A stretch of 63,989 nt of DNA, the filler included, from an uncultured bacterium (GTDB lineage: Bacteria; CAZSTA01), in the NCBI GenBank assembly GCA_964609495.1. It is 5 parts of 5 records of this genome, joined end to end, with 100 filler letters (N's around TTAATTAATTAA, not from the genome) between each part and the next. Parts side by side here need not be neighbours in the genome. Positions count along the whole stretch, not along the records: positions 14,707 to 29,174 come from CAZSTA010000086.1; 4 more parts are not named here. One strand, written 5' to 3'. Made by a program: the position numbers and the translations under genes. A model generated the notes under the pieces. It did not search any database. It saw nothing but the letters and a program-made list of their open reading frames with translations, and was not told the DNA's origin. This document shows, one piece after another, positions 17,995 through 28,390 of the stretch; the stretch's first letter is position 1; every line of letters begins with the position of its first letter.

Positions 17995-18406
17995 AACTAT
18001 CTCTCGGAAACTATTTCCTTTTATCCTCTTATATGGGCTATATATAATTACCTATGGCCATCTATCCCCAGGAGGGGGATTCCAGGGCGGAGTAGTGTTA
18101 GCCTCGGGAATTATACTTCTATGTCTATCTCAGGGGGTGCTGGAAACAAGAAGATCGATAACTTACGAGCTCTGTGGCTTTCTGGAGGTGGGAGGTATTT
18201 TCATATTCATTATGTTAGGGGTGATAGCTATCCTCTTAGGATATAGTTTCCTCACCAATGTCCTTTCTCTAGGAGAAGCTGGAGGAACTTTCAGCGGAGG
18301 ACAAATCTTGTGGCTAAATCTAGCGATAGGTTTGAAGGTAGGAGGAGGGATATCCACCCTCTTTTATGTTATGGCTGGATTCAGGGGAATAAATGGTGAT
18401 AGATAA
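17978..18406 (+). CDS. mrpB: Na+/H+ antiporter subunit B (MbhF-like)
   Basis: GHLSPGGGFQGG, NLAIGLKV. Confidence 0.9.
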   Translation: MSTIIRTISRKLFPFILLYGLYIITYGHLSPGGGFQGGVVLASGIILLCLSQGVLETRRSITYELCGFLEVGGIFIFIMLGVIAILLGYSFLTNVLSLGEAGGTFSGGQILWLNLAIGLKVGGGISTLFYVMAGFRGINGDR

Positions 18407-18746
18407 TATCATAAATAGCACTAATGTCGGGATAATACTCTTTCTAATTGGATTATATGGATTAATAAGCAAGAGAAATATAATTAAGATGATAATTGCT
18501 CTTAACGTAATGAATGGAGGGGTGACCTTATTCTTTATTGGCTTAGGATATCGATTCGAGGGGACTGCTCCCATACTTGACGAGGATATCATGAGAAGGG
18601 CGAAGGAGATAGTCGATCCAGTGCCTCAAGCACTTATGCTCACCGATATAGTGATCAGCTTTTGCCTCACAGCCCTAGCTCTCTCCTTAGCCATAAAGAT
18701 CTATCAGAAGCTCAGGACTTTAGAATTGGATGAATTGGGGAAGTGA
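18393..18746 (+). CDS. mrpC: Na+/H+ antiporter subunit C (MbhG-like)
   Basis: GLYGLISKRNIIK, VDPVPQALMLTDIVI. Confidence 0.92.
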   Translation: MVIDNIINSTNVGIILFLIGLYGLISKRNIIKMIIALNVMNGGVTLFFIGLGYRFEGTAPILDEDIMRRAKEIVDPVPQALMLTDIVISFCLTALALSLAIKIYQKLRTLELDELGK

Positions 18747-20401
18747 TTATGCTCACAGCTCCTATTTTATCTATAGTTATTCCCCTCATAGCCTCCTTTC
18801 TCGTGGTGTTGCTTAGGCTGGTCAGACCAAAGGTTGATATCTCCAAGAGCTGTGGGATTATATCTATAATAGCTACTTCTATCTCCTTCGTCCTGCTTTT
18901 GAACCTATTACCAACCGTATGGAGAGGGGGAATGATAACTTATTCTCTGGGGAATTGGCCTCCCCCTCTGGGCATATCCCTCGCGGTTGATGGCCTTAGC
19001 GCTTTCGTAGCTCTAACAGGATCTTTTATAAGTCTTATGGCGATCATCTACTCCTTAGCTTACAAGGAGTATGAGGCGAGATACTACTCACTACTCCTTC
19101 TCCTTATAGCTGGGATGTTGGGAGTCATCCTCACTGGCGATATCTTCAATATGTATGTCTTCTTCGAGTTATTATCGGTTGCCTCTATAGGTCTGATAGC
19201 TTTGGGAGGAGAGGAGAAAGCTTTAACAGCTAGCTTAAATTATCTCTTTATAAGTAGTGTAGGAGTTCTGTTCTTTCTTATGGGTATCGGTCTGCTCTAT
19301 GGCTATACAGGAACTTTGAACCTCGCTCATCTATCGGAAAAATTGCCCCCGATATTCGAAATTCAACCAGCTAAGATCGTTCTTCCCATCTCTCTGCTAC
19401 TGACTGGAGCGGCGATAAAGAGTGCGCTTATCCCTCTTCACGTTTGGCTTCCCGATGCTCACTCTTATGCTCCTTCTCCCATCTCCGCGATCCTCTCTGG
19501 ATTTATGGTTAAAGTCGGCATCTATATGATTATAAGGATATCCTATCTCCTTCAAGGCTCATTGAGTTTTAGGGATGTGTATCTATGGATGGGAGGGATA
19601 TCAGCTCTAGGAGGGGTGCTAATAGCTCTTACTCAGTATGATATAAAGCGGATATTAGCCTTTCATACTATATCCCAGTTGGGCTATATATCCCTGGCTT
19701 GGGGAGTTGGGACCTCGTGGGCGAGAAGTGCTTCTATTCTCCACCTCTTCAATCATGCTCTCTTCAAAAGCTCGCTCTTTCTCTGTGCTGGTAGTGTGAT
19801 CTACATCACCGACTTAAGAGATGTTAGAGAGATCAGAGGTTTAGGAAGAAGAACCCCAATCCTAGCAGCCGCCTGTATTGTGGCTTCGCTTTCCATATCG
19901 GGGATACCGCTATTTAATGGCTTCGTGAGTAAATCTCTTATCTCATACTCTCTTAATGAAGATCTACTGGGAAAGATTGTTATAACTCTGGCAGGGATAG
20001 GGACTGTTGCCTCCTTCTTCAAATTGAATCAGATCTTCTTTGGAAGAACTAGGGGAGAGATCAAGAGAAAGATCTCTTATTGGATGTATATACCGATGCT
20101 CTTTTTAGCTCTATTATGTATTCTCTTTGGGATATTCCCTCACCTAGGGTTGAGGTTAGTCGTGAATTCGATCCTCGAGGAGGGGAGCAAGATAATGAAA
20201 TTCGACTTTTGGAAGCTGGATAAGCTGATAGATGTTATGATAACTTTAGTGCTAGGATTTGGCTTATTTAAATTAGTAACTACTAAACTTAAAGGTATTA
20301 CCCTAAGACTCTCCAAGATAGAGATCAACTTGAGTACTGGCCTTATGCTTATAGTGTTATATCTAATAGGTATAATATTGATCTTTAATCTTGGGAACTA
20401 A
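18743..20401 (+). CDS. mrpD: Na+/H+ antiporter subunit D (MbhH-like)
   Basis: GNWPPPLGI, TGDIFNMYVFFEL, PLHVWLPDAHSYAP, KRILAFHTISQLG, NHALFK. Confidence 0.92.
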   Translation: MIMLTAPILSIVIPLIASFLVVLLRLVRPKVDISKSCGIISIIATSISFVLLLNLLPTVWRGGMITYSLGNWPPPLGISLAVDGLSAFVALTGSFISLMAIIYSLAYKEYEARYYSLLLLLIAGMLGVILTGDIFNMYVFFELLSVASIGLIALGGEEKALTASLNYLFISSVGVLFFLMGIGLLYGYTGTLNLAHLSEKLPPIFEIQPAKIVLPISLLLTGAAIKSALIPLHVWLPDAHSYAPSPISAILSGFMVKVGIYMIIRISYLLQGSLSFRDVYLWMGGISALGGVLIALTQYDIKRILAFHTISQLGYISLAWGVGTSWARSASILHLFNHALFKSSLFLCAGSVIYITDLRDVREIRGLGRRTPILAAACIVASLSISGIPLFNGFVSKSLISYSLNEDLLGKIVITLAGIGTVASFFKLNQIFFGRTRGEIKRKISYWMYIPMLFLALLCILFGIFPHLGLRLVVNSILEEGSKIMKFDFWKLDKLIDVMITLVLGFGLFKLVTTKLKGITLRLSKIEINLSTGLMLIVLYLIGIILIFNLGN

Positions 20402-20446
20402 TCAAACTTTTTCTTACCCTATCTTTTGAGAAAAGGAGGAAGAATT

Positions 20447-22447
20447 ATGTATCTAGGAGCCGATTACTATCCTGAACATTGGGATAAAGAAAGATGGCCT
20501 AAGGATGCGGAGATGATGGCTGAGGCCGGACTTAATGTAGTTCGCCTGGCAGAATTCGCTTGGTCGAGATTAGAGCCTCAGGAGGGTGTCTTCGATTTCA
20601 ACTGGTTAGATGAGGTGATCGAGATATTATCTGGAAAGGGGATAAGTGTGGTTATGTGCACTCCCACCGCTACTCCTCCCCAATGGATGTATAATCTGCA
20701 TCCTGATATTCTCCCAGTCGATAGGAATAGGATCAGGAAGAATCAAGGGAGCAGAAGACATTACTGTTTGAATAATCCCACCTATCACGACTATACTAGA
20801 AGGATAGTGGAGAAGATGGCGGCTCATTATAGCGATAATCCGGCGGTGATCGGCTGGCAGATCGATAACGAGTTCGGCTGTCATAATACCACTCGTTGTT
20901 ACTGCGATTACTGTTTAAGGGCTTTCCAGGAGTGGGCGAAGGATAAGTATGGGAGTTTGGAAGCACTTAACAAGGCTTGGGGAACTATCTTCTGGAGCCA
21001 GGTATATATGGACTGGGAAGAGATCCCTCTGCCCTGGAGCACTCCAGCCGCCCTTAATCCCAGCTTGACCTTGGACTTCTTCCGCTTCTCCTCAGATTCT
21101 AACGTCAGATATCAACAGCTTCAGATAGACATCCTTCGTCGCTTGGCAGGCGATCAGTTTATCACTCATAACCTGATGGGACTGTTCGATGAGATAGATT
21201 ACTTCGCTCTCGCTCGTTCCTTGGACTTCGTTGCCTGGGATAACTATCCGGGATTGAACCTCAGTGGAGAGGCGAATTCGATAAGAGTAAGTTTATCCCA
21301 CGATCTTATGCGAGGGTTGAAGAGAAGCAATTTTTGGGTGATGGAGGAACGGAGTGGACAGCCGGGAGGGGATTATATATTCCCAGCCACCCGTCCAGGT
21401 GATATTCGTCTGTGGACCTATCAAGCGATAGCTCACGGAGCGGATGCGGTAGTGTACTTCAGATGGCGCACCTGTCGCTTTGGTGCAGAGGAGTATTGGC
21501 ATGGGATAATCGATCATAACGGCAAGGAGAATCGGAGGTTCGAGGAGGTTAAACGGATCGGGGAGGAGATAAAGAAGGTTGGAGAGCAGATAGAGAGATC
21601 GCAGATCAAAGCGGAGGTAGCGATCCTATTATCTTATGACTTCCGTTGGGCTTTCAAGATTCAACCTCATACCCCTGCTTTCAATTATGAACAGCATCTG
21701 TTGAACTACTATACCTCTCTTCACAATGCTAATATACCGGTGGATATAATATCGCCTCGAGAGGATCTATCCCAATACAAATTGGTGATAGCGCCAACTC
21801 TATTCCTGCTCGATGATGAGATCGTAGCTAACTTATACCGTTATGTGGAAAATGGAGGAATCCTAGTAACCACCTTCCGTTCTGGAGTGAAGGATTGGAG
21901 CAATGTTGTCACAGAGAAGGATCTGCCCGGAGAGTTGAGCAAGCTATTTGGAATAGTCGTTAGGGAATATGATCCTCTACCTACAGGAAAAACTAATACG
22001 ATCAGATTAATTCATCCCGAGCTGGAGCCATGGGAATTAGAGGCTAAGGTATGGTGCGATGTGATTTCAACTCAGCAAGCTGAGGTGGTCGCAGAATACA
22101 CCCAGGATTATTATGCTCAATCTCCAGCGGTAACCATAAACCAATATGGAAGTGGATATGCGGTTTATGTAGGGACCATCGGAGAGGATAAGTTTTACCA
22201 AACTTTGCTCAGTTGGCTGTCGAATAAGGCAGGAGTGAGATATCTATTAAGGACTCAGCTGGGAGTGGAGGTTACTCAGAGGGTTAAGGATGATGTGGCT
22301 CTACTCTTCTTGCTTAACCATAATCAGGAAGCAAGAATGGTAAATATCGATGGTCGGTATGAGGATCTCTTAACGGGAGAGAAGGTTGAAGCTAATGTAT
22401 CTCTTTCTCCTAAAGGAGTGAGGATATTAAGACCGATCAAGGAATAA
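20447..22447 (+). CDS. Beta-galactosidase, glycoside hydrolase family 42
   Basis: YLGADYYPEHW, AEFAWSRLEP, TPTATPP, WQIDNEFG, FWVME, YFRWR. Confidence 0.95.
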   Translation: MYLGADYYPEHWDKERWPKDAEMMAEAGLNVVRLAEFAWSRLEPQEGVFDFNWLDEVIEILSGKGISVVMCTPTATPPQWMYNLHPDILPVDRNRIRKNQGSRRHYCLNNPTYHDYTRRIVEKMAAHYSDNPAVIGWQIDNEFGCHNTTRCYCDYCLRAFQEWAKDKYGSLEALNKAWGTIFWSQVYMDWEEIPLPWSTPAALNPSLTLDFFRFSSDSNVRYQQLQIDILRRLAGDQFITHNLMGLFDEIDYFALARSLDFVAWDNYPGLNLSGEANSIRVSLSHDLMRGLKRSNFWVMEERSGQPGGDYIFPATRPGDIRLWTYQAIAHGADAVVYFRWRTCRFGAEEYWHGIIDHNGKENRRFEEVKRIGEEIKKVGEQIERSQIKAEVAILLSYDFRWAFKIQPHTPAFNYEQHLLNYYTSLHNANIPVDIISPREDLSQYKLVIAPTLFLLDDEIVANLYRYVENGGILVTTFRSGVKDWSNVVTEKDLPGELSKLFGIVVREYDPLPTGKTNTIRLIHPELEPWELEAKVWCDVISTQQAEVVAEYTQDYYAQSPAVTINQYGSGYAVYVGTIGEDKFYQTLLSWLSNKAGVRYLLRTQLGVEVTQRVKDDVALLFLLNHNQEARMVNIDGRYEDLLTGEKVEANVSLSPKGVRILRPIKE

Positions 22448-22537
22448 TCTTAGCGGTAGATCATCAGAATTGCTCTACATAGCTTGAGATCGGATCCTCA
22501 GATGGGGAATTTGACCGCTACGGAGTTTAGATGAGGA

Positions 22538-23518
22538 GTGCTTACAATGGATGTGTCTCTTTTTATCAATTTCCTACGAATATTCATATTCATCAATATG
22601 CTATTGGGATTGATCCATTTGAGATGGCGATATATAAGTAGGCTTCGTCGTATTACTTGGCTCACCCTTTGGTATCTGTGGATATTTCTCTGTATCTTAA
22701 TCATTTCAACCTCAAGGTATGTAAATGGGGTGGAATTAGTAAAACGGATAAGGAGTCCCTTGAATATCGCTTTAGCCTTTCTTATGCTCTTTATCATCTG
22801 GGGATGTATCAGATCCATATTGCTCAGCAGATCAGCTAAAACAAACGGAGAAGTGGCTATGCAGAAAGGGGATTATAAGAAAGCGGCTTCTGAGTATTGG
22901 TGGGCTTCAAGGTTGAATCCAACAGATGCTGATGCTAGATACAAACTATCATATCTATATTGCCTTTTAAACAGATTTGAGGAGGCGAAGGATGAATTCG
23001 ATAAATATTTTATAAGCTTTCCCACCTCTCACAATAGGCAGGAGGCAGTCGCTCAATTCATCAGCTTGTTGATATGCCAGATGCTTCTACATCGCCTTGA
23101 TAAGGCTCTGCAGGAAGCTTATGGTTTTGAACCTTCCGAAGATCACAAGACTAACAGATTTACTTTGCTCTACAATGATCATAAATTCGTCTTTAGAGTG
23201 TTCTCTCGAGATAACAATATCTATTATCTCGAGATAAAGGGTTGTGTCGTTAGAGAGGGAGATAGAGGAGGGGCTAAGCAGGAGGAGAGAAAGAAGCAAT
23301 TTCAAAGTATAATGCAAGGCTTAAAGATGACGACCTTAGATTATCACCTCGAGAGCGGATACCTGAGAAAGGAGATAGAACTTGGAGAGATGGTTGCTAA
23401 AGGGACTCCAGCTCCGCTCATAGAGAAAAAGCTCGATGATATCTGGGAGGCTTTTAAGAGATTCGAGAAGATAGTCGGAGCTGAAAGCGAGGAGGAGATA
23501 AGAGCAGTCCTCAATTAG
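22538..23518 (+). CDS. Membrane protein with TPR repeats
   Basis: Three N-terminal TM helices; GDYKKAA..NPTDADARYKL TPR-like segment. Confidence 0.65.
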   Translation: MLTMDVSLFINFLRIFIFINMLLGLIHLRWRYISRLRRITWLTLWYLWIFLCILIISTSRYVNGVELVKRIRSPLNIALAFLMLFIIWGCIRSILLSRSAKTNGEVAMQKGDYKKAASEYWWASRLNPTDADARYKLSYLYCLLNRFEEAKDEFDKYFISFPTSHNRQEAVAQFISLLICQMLLHRLDKALQEAYGFEPSEDHKTNRFTLLYNDHKFVFRVFSRDNNIYYLEIKGCVVREGDRGGAKQEERKKQFQSIMQGLKMTTLDYHLESGYLRKEIELGEMVAKGTPAPLIEKKLDDIWEAFKRFEKIVGAESEEEIRAVLN

Positions 23519-23582
23519 CATCTTCTCAAATGTATCGATAGCGATCGAATTGGCATTAGTTAAGACAACAGGAGGTATCAAG

Positions 23583-24698
23583 ATGGATTGGTCTGCTTTA
23601 AGAGAGGAATTTCCAGTTACTAAAGAGGATATTATATTTTTCAACCATGCGGGTGTTTCTCCTCTCCCCCGCTATGTGGTCAAAGGTATAACCGATTATC
23701 TTGAACGGGTTGTTAGGGGAGATTTCAGCAAAGATATGGATATAATGGAGGAGACTAGAGCGAAGATAGCCGAACTCATCAATGCTGATGAAGATGAGAT
23801 AGCTTTTGTAAAGAATACAAGTTCTGGAATTATACTCGCGGCTGATAGTATAGATTGGCGAAGTGGGGATAATGTTGTTACCGTCGAAGGGGAATTTCCC
23901 GCTAATGTCTATCCTTGGCTCAGCAAGGAGCAAATTGGAGTAAAGACGAAATTCGTCTCCAGACGTAATGGGAGAATATCGGTGGAGGATTTGGAGAAAG
24001 CGATCGATGATCGCACTAGGGTATTGGCTTTGAGCTTCGTTCAGTTCACCAATGGTTTTCGTAGTGATATGAAGACGATAGGGAAGATGTGCCGAGAGCG
24101 GGGAGTTCTATTTGTGGTAGATGCTATACAAGGACTAGGCGCTCTCAACTTCGATGTGAAGGAATTCTCGGTGGATATGATGGCTTCTGGAGGACATAAG
24201 TGGTTGATGAGTCATTCCAGCCTCGGCTGTTTCTATTGCTCGAAGGAGATACTGGATGATCTCGTTCCCGCAAATATAGGGTGGAACAGTGTTGCTGACT
24301 ACGATAACTATCTGAAGTATGATCTAACCCTTCGTCCAACCGCTAGACGCTTCGAGGAGGGATCACCCAACGTGGTTGGGACTAGTGGACTCTCCGCCTC
24401 TCTGGATATGATCTTCAAGTTAGGAATAGAGAACATAGAGAAGCGCATAATCTATCTCACCGATCTTCTCATCTCCAAGCTCAAGGGTAAGGGGTATAAG
24501 ATCATAAGCTCTCTTAAACCCGAGGAGAGATCAGGGATCGTAAACTTTAATAGCGATAAACATTCTGTAGATGAGATAATAGAAATATTGAAGGAAAGGA
24601 AAATAGTGGTTCGTAAGAGGGAGAGTGGGATTCGCGTCTCTCCCCATTTCTACAATTCCGAAGGGGATATAGAGAGATTAATATCTGCTCTACCTTAG
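23583..24698 (+). CDS. Class V PLP-dependent aminotransferase (cysteine desulfurase/selenocysteine lyase-like)
   Basis: FFNHAGVSP, EFPANVYPW, VDAIQGLG, GGHKWL, IRVSPHFYN. Confidence 0.9.
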   Translation: MDWSALREEFPVTKEDIIFFNHAGVSPLPRYVVKGITDYLERVVRGDFSKDMDIMEETRAKIAELINADEDEIAFVKNTSSGIILAADSIDWRSGDNVVTVEGEFPANVYPWLSKEQIGVKTKFVSRRNGRISVEDLEKAIDDRTRVLALSFVQFTNGFRSDMKTIGKMCRERGVLFVVDAIQGLGALNFDVKEFSVDMMASGGHKWLMSHSSLGCFYCSKEILDDLVPANIGWNSVADYDNYLKYDLTLRPTARRFEEGSPNVVGTSGLSASLDMIFKLGIENIEKRIIYLTDLLISKLKGKGYKIISSLKPEERSGIVNFNSDKHSVDEIIEILKERKIVVRKRESGIRVSPHFYNSEGDIERLISALP

Positions 24699-24873
24699 TG
24701 TGTGTCAGATATGACACATATCTGCTAGTTATGATTGAGAAATATCGATATCGGAAAAGGTCTCCTCCTGCGACTTCAAGGGGACTTTTTTCATTTAATA
24801 GGAGATGGTATAAAAGTTGCTCTCTTAATAATAGATGTTTACTGATAATATGTGTGATCGAGGTGTGATAAAT

Positions 24874-26130
24874 ATGGATAAATTCATAATTCATGGCGGG
24901 GCAAAGCTTAAGGGAGAGGTAACGATAAGCAAAGCTAAGAACGCGATCCTATCCATCATTGCTGGTTCTCTGCTTGCCGAAGGGAAGACTATCCTTCATG
25001 ATGTTCCCAAGCTCAAGGATGTTACGACTATATGTGAAATAATAACTCGCTTGGGAGTGAAGGTAGAATATATCGAGGGTGGCGCGTTAGCTATAGATAC
25101 TACAGAATTATCGGGTTATGAAGCCCCTTATGATCTGGTAAAAACGATGCGAGCTTCATTTCTAGTTATGGGCCCTCTCTTAGCCCGAATGAAGAAGGCG
25201 AGAGTATCCCGCCCGGGAGGGTGTGCCTTTGGGCCTCGCCCTGTAAACTATCATCTTAAAGGGTTTTCCTCTTTAGGAGTGGAGATAAGCGAGGAGCATG
25301 GTTATATCCAAGGGGAAACGAATAAATTAAAAGGAGCTAATATCTATCTGGATTTTCCCACAGTTACCGGCACAGAGAACATAATGATGGCGGCGGTATT
25401 AGCTGAGGGAACAACAGTTATCGAGAATTCAGCTAAGGAGCCAGAGGTTATGGATTTGGCTCACTTCCTTAAGAAGATGGGAGCAGACATGGAAGGAGAG
25501 GGAACAGGCACTATAACTATAAAGGGGGTCGATAAATTAAATCCAGTCGATTATAGTGCTATCCCCGATCGCATCGAAGCGGCGACCTTTATAATGGCGG
25601 CTGGTATTACTAAGGGGAACATTAAGATCAAAGGGATCAAGCTAGATCACCTGAGAGCTGTTATCTCTAAGCTAGAGGATATGGGGATAAGTATGTGGGA
25701 GGAAGGAGATGTATTTAGAGTGGTTGGTCCCCCCCAGCTTAATCCTATTAAAGTCACGACCCTCCCTTTCCCTGGCTTCCCTACCGATCTCCAGCCTCTA
25801 ATTATGGCTCTAACCACGATCGCCAAGGGGACCAGTATGATCACTGAGACTGTCTATAAGAGCCGCTTCATACACATTGGGGAGTTTGCCCGAATGGGTG
25901 CGGATATCGATCTGGATGGGAAGAGCGCGGTTGTTCGAGGGGTGGAAAAATTAACTGGCTCCCCTGTTATGGCAAACGATCTTAGAGCTGGAGCCGCTTT
26001 AGTCTTAGCGGGATTAGTTGCCGAGGGAACAACCGAGGTAAATAGGATATATCATATTGATAGAGGATATGAGCACTTTGAGGATAAGCTATCGCAATTA
26101 GGAGCCTCGATCGAGAGGGTTAGGGAATAA
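24874..26130 (+). CDS. murA: UDP-N-acetylglucosamine 1-carboxyvinyltransferase
   Basis: AKNA, MRAS, PGGCAFGPRP, PDRIEA, PGFPTDLQ, DLRAGAAL, HIDRGYE. Confidence 0.97.
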   Translation: MDKFIIHGGAKLKGEVTISKAKNAILSIIAGSLLAEGKTILHDVPKLKDVTTICEIITRLGVKVEYIEGGALAIDTTELSGYEAPYDLVKTMRASFLVMGPLLARMKKARVSRPGGCAFGPRPVNYHLKGFSSLGVEISEEHGYIQGETNKLKGANIYLDFPTVTGTENIMMAAVLAEGTTVIENSAKEPEVMDLAHFLKKMGADMEGEGTGTITIKGVDKLNPVDYSAIPDRIEAATFIMAAGITKGNIKIKGIKLDHLRAVISKLEDMGISMWEEGDVFRVVGPPQLNPIKVTTLPFPGFPTDLQPLIMALTTIAKGTSMITETVYKSRFIHIGEFARMGADIDLDGKSAVVRGVEKLTGSPVMANDLRAGAALVLAGLVAEGTTEVNRIYHIDRGYEHFEDKLSQLGASIERVRE

Positions 26131-26227
26131 AAAATTGGAGCTTCCCTTTTAATTAATATAACTTTTCTTATAAGTTTGATCTTTGAGATATTAATCGAAG
26201 TATCAAATTCTTGGTCTTCGCTGAGGG

Positions 26228-26368
26228 ATTCAAGATATGATTCCCCCCTCACCCTAGCCCTCTCCCACGAGGGGAGAGGGGACATCGAGATAGAGCTTAA
26301 GTCTATACTTCGCATTACCCTTCAGTTCCCCCGCCCTTGATGGGAGGGGGTTAGGGGGGAGAGTGATC
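26228..26368 (+). repeat. Family A repeat
   Basis: TTCAAGATATGATTCCCCCTCACCCTAGCCCTCTCCCACGAGGGGAGAGGG...CCCTTGATGGGAGGGGGTTAGGGGG. Confidence 0.9.
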
Positions 26369-26458
26369 AGTCTATACTTCGTATTAACTCGAATCTACTT
26401 AGATGTTAGATCTCAGATTTTATATGCTTCCGTAGAGTGAAGATAATAAAATAGAACT

Positions 26459-26488
26459 GGAGCTGGGAAGCTAAATTCCCCAGCTCCA
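26459..26488. terminator. GC-rich hairpin between convergent genes
   Basis: GGAGCTGGG...CCCAGCTCC. Confidence 0.55.
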
Positions 26489-26517
26489 ATCCCTATTTGC
26501 CACTTATCTTTAGGAGA

Positions 26518-27030
26518 CTATTCTTCCCAGATCCAACGGTGATTACAGCAATCGTCCCCTTGCATTAAAGTTTTGGTGCGAATCATTTTTATTTTTGGGT
26601 TGAAGCCCTGACAAAAAGCGTAATCTGGATGGCAAATTGTAGCGTATCCTATATCTGAAGCATCATTCTCACGAAAAGTCTTCGCATAAAGGCACTCGGT
26701 GACTTTGATCTCGAAAGCTTTATCTGTGTCTTCAACAATATCCAAGGTCAAGAAGTGTTTCCAGAAGTTAATACTATCCCTCGCCCATGCAGCGAAATTT
26801 GCAAAATCATTATTTGGACGATCCTTTGCTTCGTTTTGCCCATTTTGTAAAGCGGCTTCATAAGCAGCTCTTTTCAAGATTTCTATGAAGCTGTCTTCTT
26901 TAAGTTCCTTTGCAAGATTCTTTATAATCGGAATAAAGCTATCTTTAAAGGCAAAATCATAAATTTCTTTAAAAGTCATCCCTGAATCTTCCAAGAACTT
27001 ATGCTTGTCAGAAGACTTAGTTTCCATCAT
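26518..27030 (-). CDS. L-2-amino-thiazoline-4-carboxylate hydrolase-like (ATC hydrolase family) protein
   Basis: VTECLYAKTFR, IGYATICHPD, RTKTLMQGDDCCNHRW; GGAGG RBS; TTGACA-16-TATAAT at 27127-27100. Confidence 0.82.
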   Translation of the reverse strand: MMETKSSDKHKFLEDSGMTFKEIYDFAFKDSFIPIIKNLAKELKEDSFIEILKRAAYEAALQNGQNEAKDRPNNDFANFAAWARDSINFWKHFLTLDIVEDTDKAFEIKVTECLYAKTFRENDASDIGYATICHPDYAFCQGFNPKIKMIRTKTLMQGDDCCNHRWIWEE

Positions 27031-27334
27031 AACCTCCTTTTGTTGCTCCTTCCTATGTTTTTGGGCATGGCCGCCCAACTTTTTATTATACTGCTCTATA
27101 TTATACCAAATATGAAGCGATTGTCAAACTTCTATAGTAGATATAATTTTTCTTTATCTGACCTTCTCAGGACTGATAAAATCCCTTGACACGAGAAATT
27201 TTTGTCATAACATAAGAACATCTATTCCCAACTTATTATGTTTTTTAAATTTCTTGACTGAAAATTGAGCGATTTGGGTATAATATAGATACAACTAGTT
27301 ATTGTTAAGTTGCTGAACAAAGAAGGTGAAAGCG

Positions 27335-27775
27335 ATGGGAGAAAATCACTCTAAATCTCTGCTCTTGGACAAAGTGGAGAGATATTTAGATAGAGGATTA
27401 TACGATGAAGCTATAAAGGAATTGAAGGGAGCATTGAAGCTTCACCCTGATTATCCTGAATTCCATAACGCGCTAGGGAGGGTATATTATCTCAAAAATA
27501 TGTTAAAGGAAGCCTCAATTGAGTTCGATAAAGCCATTCAACTCGATCCAAACTACGGTGAAGCTTACTTCAACCTAGCTACCCTTCTGAGCGAAGCGGG
27601 GTTATACGAATCAGCTTTTTCCCTCTATAATAAATACATAACGTTATCCTCAGGGAAAAATCTGGCTAATGCCGACTTTCCCGAGAATAATCGCTTGTCT
27701 AGTGAAGAGCTAAATAAGTGGAGATATATATCCATTTGCTCTGAGGATGTCTCTAAAGTTCATCGCTCCCACTAG
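27335..27775 (+). CDS. Tetratricopeptide-repeat protein
   Basis: HPDYPEFHNALGRVY, DPNYGEAYFNLA. Confidence 0.8.
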   Translation: MGENHSKSLLLDKVERYLDRGLYDEAIKELKGALKLHPDYPEFHNALGRVYYLKNMLKEASIEFDKAIQLDPNYGEAYFNLATLLSEAGLYESAFSLYNKYITLSSGKNLANADFPENNRLSSEELNKWRYISICSEDVSKVHRSH

Positions 27776-28185
27776 ATGAGAATAATCCAGATCAGACTCA
27801 GTCCTATTATTATCCACTGATGAATGGCCGCCCTTGCTGATAACTTGTTTCCATGGGGAAGAAGATCGTTATGAGTAGGAAAAAGAAATATCCTCCGAGA
27901 GTTTTTGAAGGCTTTTTGGGCGTGCTCAAAGTCAGGAAGAATCCCTCCTAAAGCTCCTGCCACTATCGTCCATCTACTTTTATCATTCAGCATAAATAAT
28001 ATAATTAATAATACTGCTGTGCTTAATATATCGAGCCCTATGTTAATTAAATTCTTCTTATATTCATGATGAGGAAGCATATCCAATACCCCATGAGATA
28101 CTAAACCTGCTATGAAGGAAAGAGGAACGTTATTTAACGAAGCTCCAATCGCCGCCCCAACCGCTAAATGGGTGATAAGATACAC
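27772..28185 (-). CDS. Membrane-bound metal-dependent hydrolase-like protein
   Basis: THLAVG, SHGVLDMLPH, GILPDFEH; TM helices. Confidence 0.7.
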   Translation of the reverse strand: MYLITHLAVGAAIGASLNNVPLSFIAGLVSHGVLDMLPHHEYKKNLINIGLDILSTAVLLIILFMLNDKSRWTIVAGALGGILPDFEHAQKAFKNSRRIFLFPTHNDLLPHGNKLSARAAIHQWIIIGLSLIWIILI

Positions 28186-28237
28186 TGAATCATCTCCTTG
28201 ATTCTAAGTAGATTCAAATAAATAAATTCCTATTACT

Positions 28238-28370
28238 AGTTCAAGACATAATCCTCCCTCTCCCACCAGGGGAGAGGGAACATAATTGAGAGGGGTTAGG
28301 GGAGGGTGATTTAAGAGAAGTTCAAGACCTAGATTCCTCTCAAATATCTCCGACAGAAAATTTTGAAACT
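28238..28370 (+). repeat. Family A repeat (internally deleted)
   Basis: CCCTCTCCCACCAGGGGAGAGGGAAC..GGGGTTAGGGGAGGGTGATTTAAG..TTCAAGACCTAG. Confidence 0.85.
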
Positions 28371-28390
28371 TTCGGTTTAAAGCTATTTTT

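Noticed and set aside
16375-20401. Membrane-bound hydrogenase (Mbh) operon
   Set aside because: No NiFe large/small or Fe-S subunit genes follow; only the antiporter module is present.
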